Source of the DNA: Octopus vulgaris
Taxonomy: Eukaryota
Length of the DNA stretch: 64,000 nucleotides
Direction of reading: 5' to 3'
Assembly: GCA_951406725.2 (NCBI GenBank)
Contig: OX597817.1
Span: 66,712,001-66,776,000, forward strand
The notes below the pieces were generated by a model, which did no database searches, was not told where the DNA came from, and saw nothing but the letters and a program-made list of their open reading frames with translations. Position numbers and translations under genes: made by a program. Position 1 is the stretch's first letter. Every line of letters starts with the position of its first letter. Shown here piece after piece: positions 35,896 through 46,952 of this stretch.

Positions 35896-37604
35896 CCTAA
35901 ATACCATGATGCACTGTCTCTTGCACTACTAACTCTGACAACTATCACCCTAACAAGAATAGTAATAACATAAAACAGTTTATGAGGATGGTATCACTGA
36001 CATGTACTCTTGAAATAATTCTTTTTTTCTAATCTAACCTGTGTAGAAGCTTGTACATTTACTCAGAGATTCTTTCATCAGCTAAGGAGCTTACAGTAAA
36101 ACTGAAACACATCTGGAGTTGTCTCCTTCATTTACCTAAATAATTAATGACTGATATTGTTTTCCATCACTGCATATTTATTTCTGGTTAGCTTTTTAAT
36201 GTACTTCACATTTTGAGGTATATATATACTAACTTAACTATGACAGTGGCAGGGAGCTTTCTTATGTTGGAAAGCCACACTAAAGTTAAAAGTTATCTGA
36301 CAAGGCTGCACTTGGAAAAAAAAGAAAAAAAGAAAAAGTAAAGGAAAATGGAGTTTCAAAAAAGCACCCCACTGTAATTTTAAAAACAATTCTTTTATTA
36401 AAAAATTTCTTTGGATTTATTGTTTTAAATGCAGTTATTATTGCTTTAAAAAATGTAATTACAAGAGTAGATAAAGAAATATAAATACATGTTTTTTAAA
36501 TTTGCAAGTCATTGCAAACACAAGCTTCAGATAAAATAAAGTCAACAAAAATATATTCCAGTGTACAAATGCTGTTCTTGTCTCAGAGGGTCACACTGAC
36601 AACTTTCTGATGCAAGTAAATCATTGACTGAAAAAGAGGAACTTCAGGTCAATGATCTTGACACACCAAGAGGTCATCAAGCCATGGGCCACTACTTTGC
36701 ATTTTTCCACAAAACTGTTCTTAATACTCCACCCACATTATTGTATTAAAAGCTATTATCAAAAAATAAAGTGTGAATTGTGGTAACTCAATGGAAGAAA
36801 GAACAATTAAAATTCAAAATTTCATAATTTATTAAAAATATAATTACAGTAAGCTAAAGGAATTTGTAAGAATAGTTAAAATAGAAGAAATGTTACAGTA
36901 TATGTTAAGTTTAAAAAAAAGCAAAAAAACCCCAGTATTCTAAGAAATTTCTTTCAGAACTTCTGCTTAATTTTTGTTGTGCAAAAAATATGTATTGTTT
37001 GATTAACGACAAGCCATTGAAATTACAAAGGAAGCTACCCACTACATTGATAGTCTAAATTGTGAATATTTTATATAGCAGTTGAAGAATCTATGCTATT
37101 AATTAAGAAAGAAAATTAGGAACATCTTCTCTGAGGTGCAGTCAGTAAACCATAAAAGTGGCCCATTAAGAGATCTACATCTCTTTTTTCAAAACATCAA
37201 AAGCATAGGAGGAATGTGTTTATATTCCTATTTCTTTCACAACTAGGTTAATAGGCTAACATTAAAATATATTTCAGCATCATTGATTCAAGCTAAAAAA
37301 TATGTAGAAGAATTTAACTAAAGTACACTCTACTACATGCATAAAACTAACCCTCCACCAGCCGTGTTATAAGTATATGAGGGAATCTTAACATGGTCTC
37401 TTGATCTGCTGGAAATAACGATGAAATTTCCTTCAAATCACACCCTACTATTTATAATAAGGAAAGAAAAATTGAATAATACATTCCAAGAGACACTATA
37501 GCTGAGAAAATGGTATGGTCTCAACTAGAGCATATTTTATCATAGGACTGCTCAAAAACTGCAGGCACAATGATATAACTTGTTAAAATTAAGTTCATAC
37601 TTAC

Positions 37605-37640
37605 TTCTTTTCTAGCATCTTCACGTTCACTGGTAGACAT
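37605..37640 (-). CDS. NEK1: NEK1-like exon 2 (MSTSEREDARKE)
   Basis: ttttgtag acceptor, gtaagt donor, 36 nt, phase 0-0; alphaC helix with the conserved Glu. Confidence 0.92.
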
Positions 37641-37925
37641 CTACAAAACAGAAAAAAATTATGAGAGAAGTATTTTAAAAACATATATTACAGATGAAGG
37701 TTTCTCTCCAAAATAAAAATTAATGGTCAATGGTTGGTGTTATTCTTTTAAAAAAATACATACAAGACAATATTATTACGTAATTAGTTTACATTCACAT
37801 AGTGTTTGCAGAATGTTTGCAGAATGTTACTTGTGCTACTCAAGTAACATTCTGTATAAACCTACCTAACCCTTTTGGAAGGGCTAAGCAAGTTTATGTT
37901 CTAGTCCCTGACTACTATTGTTTTA

Positions 37926-38296
37926 CAGGTGTGGCTGTGTGATAAGACATTTGCTTCCCAACCACATGATTCTGGGTTCAGTCCCACTGCATGACACCTT
38001 GGGCAAGTGTCCTCTATAATAGTGTTGTATCAACCAAAAGCCTTGGAAGTAGATTTGATAGATGGAAACAGAAAGAAGCTAATTGGGGGGGGGGGGGTGC
38101 ACACATGTGTTTGTGTCTTCTTATCTTAATAGTGTGTGATAGTTATAAATGATTGTCACTGTCATACAAATAGTGTCATTATTTCTTTGCTTGGGAAACA
38201 GGTGAGGGTTTGTGACAGGAAGAGCATCTGGCTACAGCAAAATCTGCCTCAATAAACCCTGTCCAACACATGCAACCATGGAAGGTGATGATGATA
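37926..38296 (+). mobile_element. SINE (RTE tail)
   Basis: GGCTGTGTGATAAG...GGTTCAGTCCCAC head and CATGGAAGGTGATGATGAT tail. Confidence 0.72.
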
Positions 38297-41200
38297 GCCA
38301 TATGTAAGATATTTGTTTGTCTGTCTCCCTGTCCTCTCTCTCTCTCTCTCTCTCTGCATGTTTGTGTAAGTGTGTGTTTTATCATTCATACTAGGAAACA
38401 AAAATACTAACTCAAAGAGGAGGTACCTACATAGTTATTTGACCTGCAAGAAATAACAGGTAAATCCTCTTTAATCATCTCCTACCATCTTAAAAAAAGG
38501 ACATCTAGATGTGTGATGAGCAGTTTATTGTCATAGAAAACTCCAGTATGGTCCTTTCCACTACATGCAAAATCACTCTTTAACACCCGAACATATCCAC
38601 ATCCTCATAGCACAAATATAGTCGACACCCAAAAGCATACTATCCCTACCACTCACAACAATAAGCATTTAAAATCATTTCCCAGGCTAAAGTAGGGGTT
38701 AGTTTCACAAGTCCCATGACAGCCTTCTCCATTTTACCTTATCCTCTACATACTCTTCACTTTCATTTTCTCCTTCACCTCAGCTTTGATAATTTAAAAA
38801 AAAACACATACGCAAAAACTACTTGCAAACTATTGGTTATTGAAACCAGGGCTGACTTAGGACTAAAAAAAACATATCAAAATAAAAATTTCAAAATGTT
38901 CTTGATTACATATTTCATAATACATTTCAAGTTCATTCTATCACAAAGCATGTGGTTTCTTATCTTGTAGAGGTTTTATGGCACCCTGTTGTCTTTCGAT
39001 ACTTCCTTAGCAGACTAGCTAAGTATAGTTAATATTTGTATATAATACTAGGGTATTGTAAAGGTTTAGTAATATAATAACTACATTAACTATTTGATAA
39101 AACAATACATATTGTGAGTTATAAAGATCATGTTTTGGATTCATTTATAAGCTATTTGTAATTTTAATTACTGTTGTCATAGAAAAAGGAATTCATGAGT
39201 GGAATTTCCAGTTCAATTATTATTAATTATTCAAGTGTATAATGTTAGCAACTGTAACATAAACTGAAGGTTTTATAAAATGTTCAGCTATCAAAGTATA
39301 TTTTTAAAATGAACATAGTAGCTACAGTATCCAAGCTGGGTTTTAAAATCTAGGACTGCATATAGACTTCCTAATGTACTGATATCTAATGATTCATTGA
39401 TATCTAAGTAAACAGAAATTGCCATTTCTACAGATTACTTGTCAAGTGTTATTTGTAATTTATAATGCTTCCTAAGTCCCCAGGGTCAATAATTATTTCT
39501 GGCTTTATGGGGTAATGCAGAGGTAAAATACACCTGCTCCCTAGATAACATATAAGTTTATGGCAAGTAATGATCCTCGTTTCCAAGAGATCTTGTATTC
39601 ATATCTATTCCTGCTAACAGGTAGGTGAACTGAGGCAACATATAATAAAGTGTTCTGCCTAGAAACACACCAAACGCCAGCAGTGTATTTGGACTCATGA
39701 CCCATGTATAGGTAAACAACCAAATCTGCCATATCAATCAAGACATCTTGAACAACAATGCAAAATTATCAAACAATACTTCAACTACAAGGTAAAAATA
39801 TTAACCGCAACTCTAACACTTCTTCCATAAGGATAGAGTCACAAATTTGCCTCTATTTTTGCCATCTTAAACCAATATATGGTGTGATAAAGGATGAAGG
39901 TAGAGAATGTAAGAAATTATTGAATATTCATTGGAATGACATAGCACAAATTGCATGAATGTAAATATAAATAGATAAAATCTGCCACATCATCACTTTA
40001 ATCTGAGTTGATAGTCAATTAAATTGGTGACTAAAAAATTCATAATGGCTGGGATAAATTTGGAAAAATTCTTTAAAAAGTCTGATGCTATTAAATAAAA
40101 TAACACTACTGTATAAAACTTATCCATGTCTATTATTAATCTAGAGTACAATATAAAATATTGTATATATTTAATACTACAAATTTACAGAGAAAGACGT
40201 ATCTAGACAAGTTAAAAATGTATCAGACCAAATGGTCAACAATTCTGACTAATCCAGCCCACCTAGCAGTTGCTCTTGTTGTTCTTTAGGTTCAGATCAA
40301 CCTTCACTTAGCAGACCTGTGAAAGAAATTTGGCTGCTGCTTCTAACAAGTTTAAGCACTCCCAATGCCCCATCTTTGGGTTATCCACTTGACTGTAGAA
40401 TAGATAGGTACATTAGTAAGGTACAGTCCATCACTGCAAAATATAACACTTGTGACTGAAGAATATTTTGTTAGTTTCAAGTGTTGGGTGTAAATCATTT
40501 TATAGACTAATCCAGTAACAATAGATTAAGGCTGTCGCAAACCAATAAACATGCTGACAAAACTAAAAGAGATGGGTTTGTAACCTATTTACTACAAACG
40601 TCTGGGACACGGATTGTAATGCTTTAGGGAGAAAAAAATAAACATAAACGTGTGTGTGTTCAGTTATGTATGTATGTATATGCATGTGTGTGTAACACAC
40701 ACATACACATCTTGTAATTTGTTAGTTGCAACCTATTATATTAAAATACACCAGGAAGGAATGTTTATAGTGATTTAATTTGATGATCTTCCATTGAAAG
40801 AAAGAAAAGGGCGATTCTTCCCATTATTGGCTGTAAACTCAAAAGAACATTTAAACAGAAGCCTGAATAATACAAACGCGATCATCATTAAATTTTCTCA
40901 AAAAAAACTATGAAAAAAGATATTGATGCTTTAAATATGTATGTTCAACAATCGATCCAATATAGGGTAATGACACATTCTTTAGGAGTGTTCTATACAT
41001 TATTTCATGCTCCGTCGCCAACACAAGATTCTTGTGAAGATGACTATAATGGATCTATAAAGTATATAGTTTTTAATATTAAATATACATGTCCGAAAAT
41101 TTAATAACGTTTGAACCTATTGTATTATACTGGTTTTTCTGTTGGTATTTTTCTAAGAGTTTACGACCGTTAACAAGACCGATCGCTGCAAAGGTTGGGC

Positions 41201-41552
41201 GATTAAGCATATTTTGAATGTTTGGTTAACGTTTTAAACATAAATGTACATTTACTGTAATGTAATAAGTTACAGAAGTTCTACATGGGATATTCTGACA
41301 TTCATGCCTTTCCCATGAGCGGCGAGATTGTATAAGAGTCCCGACTGGAAATTGAACCCAAATTACAATCGTACTGAATATTATACATAGATACATATAT
41401 TATACAAATATACATACTTATATATATATACAGTGACAACTGAATGTATAATGTTTACGTTTTATTTTTTTTTGTTCTAGTTAAACTTATATTAAGCAAA
41501 CTACTCCTTGAGCGAAGAAAAAAAAAAGAGAATCGCATTGAAATATACTTAC

Positions 41553-41669
41553 TCCAGATATAACGATTTCTTTGATAACATAATTCACAAAAGATTGTTT
41601 ATGTCTAACCAGGAACACTTTACCGAATGACCCCTGGCCAATTTGACGAATTTTCACGTACTTGTTCAT
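41553..41669 (-). CDS. NEK1: NEK1-like kinase, coding exon 1 (MNKYVKIRQIGQGSFGKVFLVRHKQSFVNYVIKEIVISG)
   Basis: ATG, Gly-rich loop GQGSFG and VIK catalytic lysine; 117 nt ending at a GTAAGT donor; closely resembles the NEK1 N-terminus. Confidence 0.93.
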
Positions 41670-41916
41670 CTGCTCAAGTCAGACCACACAAACACCAACA
41701 TTGACGTTGATGCTTTTCTAAAATGCTACTTGAAACACATACCGAAACGAAACAAATGTTGCAGCGTGAGTGAGTATGAGTTATCTGGGTGTTTTTTTTT
41801 TTTCAGTATAACTATACGTAGCTGATATTTCAAGATACCAGCTTTATGATGTATACGTAAAGGGGAGGGATTGTTTAATACTTACCAGCGCCTAATTTAA
41901 ATTTCCTATATCTCTT

Positions 41917-41950
41917 TTATTATAGGGTCCATGCATGGACCCTATAATAA
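41917..41950. repeat. Perfect 34-bp palindrome upstream of the NEK1-like ATG
   Basis: TTATTATAGGGTCCATGCATGGACCCTATAATAA. Confidence 0.95.
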
Positions 41951-42633
41951 TATAGGGTTTCCTATATCTCTTTTATTGGCGGGTCCATGCATGCTCATAC
42001 TCGCTAGACGTAGAATTATATCCCCAAAAGCTTCATTTTGCAGCTTTTGACAATTGACAAAAGAGTTTAATGGTTTGACGTTTCCCTAACAAATTTTTCG
42101 TAACTGGTTAGTTTGATGTTCTGGAATACCATATGTTTCTTCCATTTATGATTTGCATCCTCATCGTGTAATTGAAATCACTATTGTTATTAATAAATTT
42201 ATTCTTTGTAATTTTATTTCTTCAAAAAAGAGTCAAATTTTGCCAAAGCCGCTATGCTACGGTAATCAGCTACAGAATTTTACATTTTTAATTTCTGAAA
42301 AGAGAGAAAAAAAAAAAAATTATCGTTGTATTAGACATGAATGGTTTGCATTATATGAATGAAAAGAGAAATCATAACCTTTTCGTTTTAATACTGATTC
42401 CTATTTTTAGAGAATTTTCTCTTCGCTATATCAACAATTGATTTGCGTCGTGTGGTATCATTTATTATACAAAAAATAGCTACATCAAGATTTATTTCAT
42501 CAATTAATAATCGTTACATTATATATATATACTTATATTTACGACACACAGGGGAAAAGGAATTGAGAAATATACATCTCAATGTGTTATAGTTATGAAA
42601 ATAAAAGTTCCACGCCTAAACGTGAGTTTTTAT

Positions 42634-42647
42634 GTCACCATAGCAAC
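42634..42647. promoter_or_regulatory. RFX X-box (GTCACCATAGCAAC) about 965 bp upstream of the NEK1-like ATG
   Basis: Exact match to the consensus GTHNYY-AT-RRNAAC, within a locally CpG-richer region around the gene 5' end. Confidence 0.6.
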
Positions 42648-42741
42648 TCTATTTGTTAATAGTTATCTCTTAGTAATAGCTAACTTGATGTCATAAATCT
42701 TTCGTTGTTGTAACGTACGTAAATATGTATGTATGTATGCA

Positions 42742-43079
42742 TACTCTTTACTCTTTTACTTGTTTCAGTCATTTGACTGCGGCCATGCTGGAGCACCGCC
42801 TTTAAACGAGCAACTCGACCCCGGGACTTATTCTTTTGTAAGCCCAGTAGTTATTCTATGTCCCTTTTGCCGAACCGCTAAGTAATGGGGACATAAACAC
42901 ACCAGCATCGGTTGTCAAGCAATGCTAGGGGGACAAACACAGACACACACACGCATATATATACATATATACGAGGCTGTAGTAGAAGGCACTTGCCCAA
43001 GGTGCCACGCAGTGGGACTGAACCAGGAAACATGTGGTTGGTAAACAAGCTACTTACGACACAGCCATTCCTGCGCCCT
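42742..43079 (-). mobile_element. Same SINE family, internally deleted
   Basis: Near-identical to 6947-7347 apart from a deletion. Confidence 0.85.
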
Positions 43080-43660
43080 GTATGTATGTATGTATGCATG
43101 CACGCACGCTTGTGTGTGTGTTATTTTTGAAGCTAGTTTAATGTGAAGAAGTTTATTATTTGGCATACCCACACAAGTGTGCCTCCGCCCGAATTTATTT
43201 CCTCATAACTTCCAGAAAAATGAATATTTTTTAATGAAATTATTCTACAAATACGCTTCTGATGGTGTTGGTTCCGTTTATATCGGAATTGTTTACGAGA
43301 GTAGGGTGAGGAGTTTCGGAAAATTCATACGCGTCGGGTTTGTTCCCTCATAACCTTTGGCGATGTTTCGCTTGTCGTAACATCGCCTAACCTTTTTTAA
43401 ATGTTTACTTTTTTTTATGAGATTTTCTACAAATACCTTTCAGCGCCTGTAGATTACAAGTGTGTGTGTGTGTGTGAGTGTTTCTTTTGCCATCACGTGA
43501 TGGTCGTAAATGAGCATCACTCATACAAGCAATCTTCGTTTCCAGTCGTCCTTGAAGAACATGTTTGGCCATGGGGAAATATTAACTTGTCAGCTTTAGA
43601 AAATCTGCCCCAGCAAATTCCGTTTGATCCATACATGCAACAAAAAGTGAATGGTATGTG

Positions 43661-43707
<47 letters not shown>

Positions 43708-43710
43708 ATA

Positions 43711-44980
43711 TGAGGTGGTATCAAAAGGTTCCTGGCCTAGTTATGTTTAATAAAATATAACTTATTTACCTAAGTTTTAACATCATGTCCTTCAAAATAG
43801 TCACCTTGCATAGCAATACACTTTAAGAATGTGGTCTGGAAGTCATTTTCTGTAAGCAAGTCGAGAAGCTTCTGCAATTTGCTCTGGATCTCAACAACTG
43901 TATTAAAAGAGTAACCTTTGAGCTGCCTTTTCATCTTGGGGAAGAGATGGAAGTTTACATGTGCTAAATCTGGTGAGTAGAGTATGTGTGGAAGCAATAC
44001 CATGTTGTTTTTGGCAAGAAACCCACGAGTGAGGAGAGTTTGGTGATGGTGCATTGTTGTCGTGAAGTATCCAATTCTTCATGCTCCACAGATCTGGTTG
44101 CTTTTGCTGAATGTCCTCCCTCAGATGCTTCAAAAAGTTGCTGTAGAACTCTTGTTTAAATGGTTTGACCCTGGGGGATGAATTCTTGATGCACAATATT
44201 GTAGATGTCAAAAAAAAATTATGAATATGCTCTTGATTGAGCTGTGGCTCTGTTGTGCCTTCTTCAGTTATGGAGATCATGGCTTCTTCCATTGTGACAA
44301 TTGCTGCTTTGTCTCAAGGTACCAATAGACCCAACTCACATCACAAGTGATGATCCCCAACATGAAGGGTGGGTCATCAACAGCATGCTGATTGAGATCT
44401 TGACAGACTTCAATGCGATGTTCTTCCTGCTCAGTGATCAGCAGGTGGGGGACAAACGTACCAGAGACATGCTGCATGTTCAATTCAGACATTAGGATTG
44501 CATGTACAGACCCATACAACAGACCAGCAACATCAACAATGTCATTGATTGTCCTCCGATGATCCTTATGCACAAACTGATGAATTTTCTCCACATTTCC
44601 AGATCACTCACTGTTTTCCAGGGACATTCTTCTGCTTTTGAAGCACCCAAGCTACTCGAAACATTGTGTACAGACCATTGCCTTGTCACCATAAGCTTGC
44701 TGAACCATGCCCAATGTCTCTGTAGCAGACTTGCCAAGTTTAGCACAAAATTTCATGTGGCTCTTTTTCCTAACTTCCTGTCTGTGACAAAATCACAGAC
44801 TACAGCATACACATGATCAAAAAAACAAATTTCCCAACTTGCAAAGTAAACACAGTGATGTTACTCTCAGCACACTACCTCATGAAGGTCACTGCTAACT
44901 CTCACTACACACACAACCATGTGCTGCCATCTGTTGGTGTGCTACAGAACTAGTCTGGGAACTTTTTGATACCACCTCAG
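43711..44980 (-). mobile_element. Mariner-family (Tc1/mariner) transposon, full length, degenerate transposase
   Basis: About 30-bp TIRs (TGAGGTGGTATCAAAAGGTTCC / GGGAACTTTTTGATACCACCTCA) flanked by TA; frameshifted ORFs with ITCDVSWVY, WILHDNNAP and YSPDLA motifs. Confidence 0.92.
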
Positions 44981-45929
44981 TATAAGTAAATATTTACACA
45001 CACACTTAATTGTTAATTCATTGTTTATTCAATGGAATGTCATTAGACATCATTATATATATATATGTGTGTGTGCATGTGAGTGTATTCATACATACAT
45101 ACATCATCATCAATCTTCCATGCTAGTATGGGTTGGATGGTTTGGAAGGATTCAATGAGGCGGGGCACTATATTATGCTTCAGTGTCTACTTTGACATGG
45201 CTTCATAGCACGGATACTGTTCTTAATGCCAACCAACATACAGTGTGTTCTGGGTTCGTTTTATATGGCAATTAGTGAGGCTGCCTTGTAAACTTGCAAA
45301 ACTAAAAAGCCCCCTGTCTACTGAATCAGAGTATAATAGAGTAGGAGGTTAAAGTATTATAGAAGGGATTGGACCAACTTTGTTGTTGTAGTGGAGATAC
45401 ATGGCTACCCTGCATTATGTAAAAGTGGGTAGGAGTAATTGCAGTGGAGCTGGAAAGTTAGATGAAGCTGGTGTTGATGAGGCATTGAGCATATTCAAAC
45501 CTGATGCAAAAGTAGAATCCTATTGTTCTTGCTTGACCTAATTGAATTAGAAAAGTTAGGAGTACACAAGCAAATATCAGTTGATCACTTTTATTGAACC
45601 CCTACTACAACCACTACTTGTACCCTAAATTCATCGCTGTACTCATTGCCAACCCTCACCTTATTGGTAGCATCCAGTACATGGCTTGTACGGCTCTCAC
45701 CACCGACTTGTCTATCCCCAGTTTCACTGGTGTTACATTACTTTCTATATTCTGTAACTGTCACAATATACTTTTCTAGGCCAGAAATTTTTCGTGGTTA
45801 GGGGGCCAGTTGATTAGATTGACCCCAGTACACAATTGGTGCTTAATTTATCGATCCCGAAAGGATGAAAGGCAAAGTCAATCTTGGCAGAACTTGAACT
45901 CAGAACGTAAAGACAGACAATCATAATAT

Positions 45930-46880
45930 ACAAATATTTCTCATGGCACCAGTACACTGTTTACTGATGCTTCTGTCTTTTATGTTTTCCGTGAATTTTT
46001 CACGGGTCCAGCTAGCTTATATCTAAATTTGTAATAAGTACCGTTACCGTTTTTTATGGAAATCGACGATCATCTTCACAAATGTAAATAAATACACGTG
46101 GTTTGTAACGAAAGATCGCCCACTTCCCTTATCTGTTGCCTTAATTATAATGTTGTTATTGTTTTTCCGTCCATGTATAATATCCCATTCCTTTCGACTG
46201 GTATTGGGCTTGATTTTAGGGTGTGGAAGTTCTTTATAAGAGAAGGTAGATAAGAAATAACAAAATTTATCTAAATCTTTATTCTTACCTTACATAGGCT
46301 TGTAATTGTTCTTGTTTCTTACAAATGATTCATCCGTGTCTTCTTTATCGTACAATTCCTTCGTTAGGTGAAGTTTATATATATTCTGTAGTAGCTTTCA
46401 TTGATTTACTGAATTACCAGTACGAGTTGCTTCCCCTTATCCACAATCGCGTGGATTCCTTCACTCTTTCCTCGTGCTTGTCATAACGTTAAGATGCTGC
46501 AAGTTATAAACGGCCCCATACTACCTATTCATTGACTTCTCCCCTGTAACTTTTTTCCTTTTCTTGTTTATTTTTATAAACAAATCCTTTGTAACCATCT
46601 TAACTTCTGACCTCGGTTCAAATTGTAACTGACCTATTGTATAGACTGCTAGACTTAGATTTGCCCCATTGTGGACCATAGGTAGGACTATCGGTATTAA
46701 TTTCTGTAAGTTTTTCTGTGAGTAAATTTTTAGGAAAGTAACCTAAACTACGATTTACCCACCGAACTACCTGTTACCGTACAACTTTACAAAGGACTGT
46801 ACCTACTCAGGTAATCACCAGGAGCGCCTTTGGATTTAATTATTCCTTAGAGGTTTTAAACTCCTCAAGCTGATACCTAT
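45930..46880 (-). mobile_element. Degenerate Penelope-like element, 5' ORF region
   Basis: Minus-strand translation gives DKEDTDESFVRNK...KNKDLDKF and PNTSRKEWDIIHGRKNNNNIIIKATDKGSG, matching the PLE IIIKxADKG motif; contains stops and frameshifts; degenerate hammerhead at 46819-46872. Confidence 0.72.
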
Positions 46881-46952
46881 ATATATATCCCCATATAGGA
46901 TCTTTTCGGTTTGAACGGCAGTTTTTTAAAATAAATTCTATGTAACTAAACA

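Noticed and set aside
45930-46880. Reversed, foreign or synthetic DNA suggested by the CpG excess
   Set aside because: Explained by Penelope-like protein motifs on the true minus strand.
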